The translations under genes were made by a program, and so were the position numbers. Of a DNA stretch of 64,000 nt, positions 57,901 to 64,000 are shown piece by piece (position 1 is the first letter of the stretch; each line of letters begins with the position of its first letter). The notes beneath the pieces were generated by a model. That model was not told where the DNA came from and did not search any database. It saw only the letters and a list, made by a program, of their open reading frames with translations. Source of the DNA: Eukaryota sp. TZLM1-RC (taxonomy: Eukaryota; Protista; Metamonada: BaSk clade). Location: the NCBI GenBank assembly GCA_040285825.1, contig JAUPSS010000001.1, positions 930,001-994,000 of the forward strand. Reading direction: 5' to 3'.

Positions 57901-60900
57901 TATTTTTTGAAAATTTGGATGGAAAAACGGATGTTGATCTTGAAAATTCCAACCCCACTGTCAAAATTTCGTCACTATTTTCCAAAAATTCACAATTATT
58001 TACCGAATTAAATGAAGTCAAATCAGAATTAGGAACGTATATTGATGATTTTGGTCAATTACAGTTGGAAAATTCTAAATTAATTAACATTAATCAAATT
58101 CAAAGCGCTGAAAATCAAGAATTATTGTCCAAAATTAGTGAATTGAAGTCTAATTTAACTGAAAATTCTTCCAAATTAGAAGTTATTTCAATAGAAAATG
58201 CAGAATTCTGTCAAAAAATCAATGAATTACAAGATCAATTAACTACCAAAAATTCATTAATTAATTCTTTGGAACAACAAGTTAACTCATTGGAAAATTT
58301 CAAAGGAGAGGTCAATGAAATATTTTTTGAAAATTTGGATGGAAAAACGGATGTTGATCTTGAAAATTCCAACCCCACTGTCAAAATTTCGTCACTATTT
58401 TCCAAAAATTCACAATTATTTACAGAATTAAATGAAGTCAAATCAGAATTAGGAACGTATATTGATGATTTTGGTCAATTACAGTTGGAAAATTCTAAAT
58501 TAATTAACATTAATCAAATTCAAAGCGCTGAAAATCAAGAATTATTGTCCAAAATTAGTGAATTAAAGTCTAATTTAACTGAAAATTCTTCCAAATTAGA
58601 AGTTATTTCAATAGAAAATGCAGAATTCTGTCAAAAAAATCAATGAATTACAAGATCAATTAACTACCAAAAATTCATTAATTAATTCTTTGGAACAACA
58701 AGTTAACTCATTGGAAAATTTCAAAGGAGAGGTCAATGAAATATTTTTTGAAAATTTGGATGGAAAAACGGATGTTGATCTTGAAAATTCCAACCCCACT
58801 GTCAAAATTTCGTCACTATTTTCCAAAAATTCACAATTATTTACAGAATTAAATGAAGTCAAATCAGAATTAGGAACGTATATTGATGATTTTGGTCAAT
58901 TACAGTTGGAAAATTCTAAATTAATTAACATTAATCAAATTCAAAGCGCTGAAAATCAAGAATTATTGTCCAAAATTAGTGAATTGAAGTCTAATTTAAC
59001 TGAAAATTCTTCCAAATTAGAAGTTATTTCAATAGAAAATGCAGAATTCTGTCAAAAAAATTAATGAATTACAAGATCAATTAACTACCAAAAATTCATT
59101 AATTAATTCTTTGGAACAACAAGTTAACTCATTGGAAAATTTCAAAGGAGAGGTCAATGAAATATTTGTTGAAAATTTGGATGGGAAAACGGATGTTGAT
59201 CTTGAAAATTCCAACCCCACTGTCAAAATTTCGTCACTATTTTCCAAAAATTCACAATTATTTACAGAATTAAATGAAGTCAAATCAGAATTAGGAACGT
59301 ATATTGATGATTTTGGTCAATTACAGTTGGAAAATTCTGAATTAATTAACATTAATCAAATTCAAAGCGCTGAAAATCAAGAATTATTGTCCAAAATTAC
59401 TGAATTGAAATCTAATTTAACTGAAAATTCTTCCAAATTAGAAGTTATTTCAATAGAAAATGCAGAATTCTGTCAAAAAAATTAATGAATTACAAGATCA
59501 ATTAACTACCAAAAATTCATTAATTAATTCTTTGGAACAACAAGTTAACTCATTGGAAAATTTCAAAGGAGAGGTCAATGAAATATTTGTTGAAAATTTG
59601 GATGGGAAAACGGATGTTGATCTTGAAAATTCCAACCCCACTGTCAAAATTTCGTCACTATTTTCCAAAAATTCACAATTATTTACAGAATTAAATGAAG
59701 TCAAATCAGAATTAGGAACGTATATTGATGATTTTGGTCAATTACAGTTGGAAAATTCTGAATTAATTAACATTAATCAAATTCAAAGCGCTGAAAATCA
59801 AGAATTATTGTCCAAAATTACTGAATTGAAATCTAATTTAACTGAAAATTCTTCCAAATTAGAAGTTATTTCAATAGAAAATGCAGAATTCTGTCAAAAA
59901 ATCAATGAATTACAAGATCAATTAACTTCCAAAAATTCATTAATTAATTCTTTGGAACAACAAGTTAACTCATTGGAAAATTTCAAAGGAGAGGTCAATG
60001 AAATATTTGTTGAAAATTTGGATGGGAAAACGGATGTTGATCTTGAAAATTCCAACCCCACTGTCAAAATTTTGTCACTATTTTCCAAAAATTCACAATT
60101 ATTTACAGAATTAAATGAAGTCAAATCAGAATTAGGAACGTATATTGATGATTTTGGTCAATTACAGTTGGAAAATTCTGAATTAATTAACATTAATCAA
60201 ATTCAAAGCGCTGAAAATCAAGAATTAATTGCGCGCATTTCCCTCCTCAATCATTCATTCACCGCCTTAAATGCTGATAATGACCAAAATTTAGTTAAAA
60301 TTCACAAGCTTTGCAATCAAAATGGAACATTGATTGAAGAGCTTGAATATTTTAATGAAAATCATTCCACATTTAATTTATTTAATCAAAATTTAATCAA
60401 TGACTATGAAGAGCGTGTTTTGCAACTTGAAACTTATTGCGAATATTTGACCGATTATGTTTATGAGCTCAAGAACAACTTGTCACTTCTCTCTGACGAG
60501 CTCAATCAATCAATTGTTGATGAGGCAGAAAAGGCCAGGTTTATAGATGATATCACAGCCAGACATGAAGAGCTCAATTCTGAATATTTGATACTTAACG
60601 ACACACTTGTTAGTCAAAAGAAACATTATGAAGATCAATTATCTACATTGAAAATTTCCAATGATGAGCTCAAAATTTCAAATGATGAGCTGAAAGTTGC
60701 CAACGAGGAGCTAATCTCTAACAATACTCAATTGTTGCAAAGTTTGTCAGATTTGAAATCTTTATCTAATCAAAATTCTGAGTTGAAAACTTTGTTGAAA
60801 ATTTCAAAGCAACAGCTTCAGTATGCCAGTCAACAACAGGAGATCTTATTAGGTAATAGTACAAAATTTAAAAATTTGAGTACTTGTCAAGAAGAAAAGC

Positions 60901-63839
60901 TCAAAATGGCTGGTGCTGAAATTTTGACGTTACAAAAATCTTTACACCATCTCAATACTGATTATGAAGACTTGAAGAGTTCAATTCCAAAAATTGTTAG
61001 TCACTACACTAATGTCATTTCTGAAAATTTGAACGCGTCAAGGGCACGTGTCAGTGGTGAGTTGGCAGAAGCTCAAAAATCGATTGACTTTTACAGAATT
61101 TTGAGTTATGATTTAGAACAGTTACTTTCTCAAGAAACTTGCTCAACATTTGATACTATTGATTCAAATTTAGTCATCTCTTCACAATCAGGACTTCTTG
61201 AGACTTTTTGTGCCGATGCTGCCGAAGTAGGTTGTTTTAGCATCAATTCAGAAGCAGAATCCTTAAAGACTCAATTGTCAAATGCTAATCAACAATTACG
61301 AAAAGCTCAGGCTGATCAAGATCAACTACAAGGACGTGTAGAAGCCCTTTCCTTTGAACTCCAAAAAGCTCGTGATGAAGGTACTGCTACTTTTGAACAA
61401 TTAAGCCAACGAGAAGCTAAGGTTAAGGAACTGGAAGCTGAATTAATGTCTTCGAAGGCTTTATCTGAGGAACTTCAACGTGAAGATACCGATCTTCACG
61501 CTGCATTACAAAAGGAAACTGAACTTTTGCAGTTCAATCAAAAATTAGAAGAAGAGATCAGTGCACTTCATCAACAACGAATAGCTGAAATTTCTGATTT
61601 AGAACACTTTTATCAAGACAAGTTGAACGAAATGCGTTCTAATTCTCCCCAAAAAATTAGTTTCCCCAGGATCAATATTCTTGAAAATTTCGGGGAAAAT
61701 TTGGAACCTTTTAACGAAAATTTGAGTTCTTCGAATAGTCCTGTTTCTCCTGCCATTGAAAATTTAATGAACAAATTAGATGAAAATTCTGTCAAGTCTC
61801 GTGATCCAGATAGTGATCAAATATTGAACCACAGAATTGAGCTTTTATTAGAGACAATTACTGAACTTAATCATCAAATTTGTCTCAATCACGTGGAGAA
61901 TACAAGCTTGCGTAACCGTATTGTTGCAATCACTAGTCAGAAAAATGAAATTTTCAATCTATTTGAGGTCCAGAGTCAGTGTTGCAGTACTATGCAAATG
62001 TCAAATTTTGATTTCGACATTGAAAATTTTGATGTTGACAGTAATTGTGCTCCCAACTTGTCAAGTCTCAATATCACCAAAATTTTTGACTTGAATTTTT
62101 CAAATCAATTACTCAAGTTGAATAAAGAAAAAAGTATTCAATGTGGTGAAATCAGCAACTCGAATGTCGAAAGAGCTCATCCAAAAGGTGAGTTTGAAAT
62201 ATTGGAGATGTCACTGAATTCTTTGGAAACCAGTATTATGTTTAATAATGATAAAACTTCCCAATTTTTAGCCATCATAAATGACAATCAAAAAGAAATC
62301 ACAGGACTTCAGGATTCCTTGTCGGAAGTCGATGACAAGTTGAAACTTTCATTAAAGGAGAATGAAGAGTTGAGATCAAAATTAAAAATTGAACTCAAGT
62401 ATCGACAAAATTTAGAAAAGAATATGACAATAATGGCTCTTCGTCAACAGAATTCTTCCCCCGCTCAAAAATCACCCGCTCAAAAATCAAAAAGATTGCA
62501 AGAAACACCTAGACAAAAGAGTCCACTAGGATCAAATGACAATGATTCCGAAATCTCTGAGTTGAGGACTAAGATTTCGTCTCTATCACAACAAAATTCT
62601 GTGTTGAGAGAAGCAAAGTCAGTTCTGGAATCACTAAATTCTGAATTGAGCTCACAACTGTCGCGAGAACGGCAAAGTACCAGTCACTTGAAAAATTTAA
62701 ATTACAAACAAGCTGAAATTTTGGCAAGTAAGGAGGAAGAGCTCATCAAAGCCCAATCAACAATGACTCAACTCCGCCAGAAAATTTCGACATTATCACA
62801 GAAAATTGTGACTTTAGAATCATTAGATCATGTTAGTGAGATCTCCAGATTGTCTCAAACTGTTGATAAGTTGACATCTGTCAATGATCTCTTTTCGAGC
62901 TCTATTCAATCTATTTCAGACCGTATTTCCGGCTTGGAAGCTGTTTTTGATGAGTTGAAAAATTCATCCAATCTTGACACTTCGACCATCAGTCAAAATT
63001 TCATTAGTTCTTTACTTTCGGAAACTGAAACAGTCAAAAACGCAATCAATTATGTCAATCAAATCCACAATCAGGTCAATGATCAAAAATCTGAGGAAAT
63101 TTCACGTCTTTTGGAAATAATTGCACTGGCTGATTACGAACTTTCAATTCAAAACCAGGTGAATCAAACCCTTTCGTTCAATCAAACGTTGTCAAGATGT
63201 CCCTCTGTGGAAAGTTTACCATCAAATCTGACTGATTACACTAGTCAACTTTCACGTGTAATGTCGACAGATGATTTGCTGGCACCTTTTCACCAGAAAT
63301 CTACTGACAACTTTGAAAAATGCGGACTTTGTGCACACTTAAATCAGGAAACATCCAAAATAATGGTTCAATATCGATCTTTAAAACAAATTTATTCAAG
63401 TTCTAACCAATATTCAGAATTTGTATCCCAATTGGAAGCTTTATCTGAACAAATTATTTCCCTGAAAGCTCAATTGTCAGGACAAATTCCACCATCTTAT
63501 AGTTATTTGGATCAAACAATAGTTGCACTTGGCCTGTCACCATTAGATCATGACACGTGTCAAGGTATTGGTGATCTTATATCTTGTTTATTGAAAATTT
63601 GGCCACCTTCTGATTTTCATAGAGTTCGAAATATTTCCAAGGCGTTTATCAAAATGAAACTGGCTTTACAGTCTGCATATGCGCTTTATCGAAAGTTTCC
63701 GGAAAAATTAGCCTTGAAAGCTATATCATCTAGTCTATTTGGAAGTCATTCAAAGAGTTTACTGGATATTATACAAAGTCCTGAGCTCGAAAACTTTGCG
63801 TATTCGGTTGCAAAAAGACCAGTTCCTTTCAAAATGTAG
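51904..63839 (+). CDS. Giant WD40-repeat plus coiled-coil protein (~3976 aa if five +1 A indels are corrected)
   Basis: WD motifs (LKGHFAAISCI..LSGDLEGNLIVWD; KHEGRITD..STDQTLSTW). The ORF pieces join when tgtcA7t is read as tgtcA6t at ~56531, 57792, 58633, 59054 and 59474. Confidence 0.8.
54865..60227 (+). repeat. 420-bp (140-aa) coding tandem repeat, ~12.75 near-identical copies
   Basis: Units start ttacaagatcaattaact at 54865, 55285, 55705, 56125, 56546, 56966, 57386, 57807, 58227, 58648, 59069, 59490 and 59910. Confidence 0.97.
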
Positions 63840-64000
63840 AATTAGTTTTACTCAATTTTGTATAATAAATCCCATTTCTCTTCTGTCACCATTATTAATA
63901 TTTAATATTTAATTTTTATTATTTATTTTATTATTATTATTATAGAGTGACAACATACAGCCAAGAGCTAGAACTTATAAGAAGAAAAATTCTCCACATC

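Noticed and set aside
63884-63951. TGTCAC...GTGACA flanking an AT tract as a MITE or solo LTR
   Set aside because: Only a 6-bp inverted repeat around low-complexity DNA, with no target-site duplication seen.
1-64000. Prokaryotic or viral origin of the window
   Set aside because: Piezo, SLC35B1-like, HOOK-like and CaMKK-like genes, a spliceosomal intron and non-LTR retroelements indicate a eukaryotic nuclear genome.

Overview
AT-rich, gene-dense, nearly intron-free eukaryotic (protist-like) DNA in the standard genetic code; the organism cannot be named from sequence alone. Many single-base homopolymer indels suggest an unpolished long-read assembly. Host genes: the 3' end of a Piezo channel, two RING-kinase-coiled-coil-LRR paralogs, a Firmicutes YhfI-like metallo-beta-lactamase-fold hydrolase, a bacterial-type PARG (TIGR02452/DUF2263) with PBZ-like zinc fingers plus a chimeric copy, a HOOK-type coiled-coil protein, a DUF4097-like membrane protein, a CaMKK-like kinase with a 29-nt intron, an SLC35B1/HUT1-like transporter, and a ~3,980-aa WD40/coiled-coil protein with 420-bp tandem repeats. 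The kinase-LRR, hydrolase and PBZ segment is segmentally duplicated, and the first copy holds a ~1.8-kb tandem array. Intergenic DNA is full of decayed mobile elements: CRE-like non-LTR (RT/RLE) fragments and several Fanzor (eukaryotic TnpB) relics, including IS607-TnpA/Fanzor2 overlaps and a family with a conserved, structured omega-RNA-like 3' region. Best leads: (1) kinase-LRR proteins whose 84-bp repeats are near-invariant except at four ligand-face codons and are shuffled within and between paralogs, consistent with a diversifying immune-like receptor; (2) the Fanzor/omega-RNA family and the local Fanzor density. All family calls come from motif recognition, not database searches.
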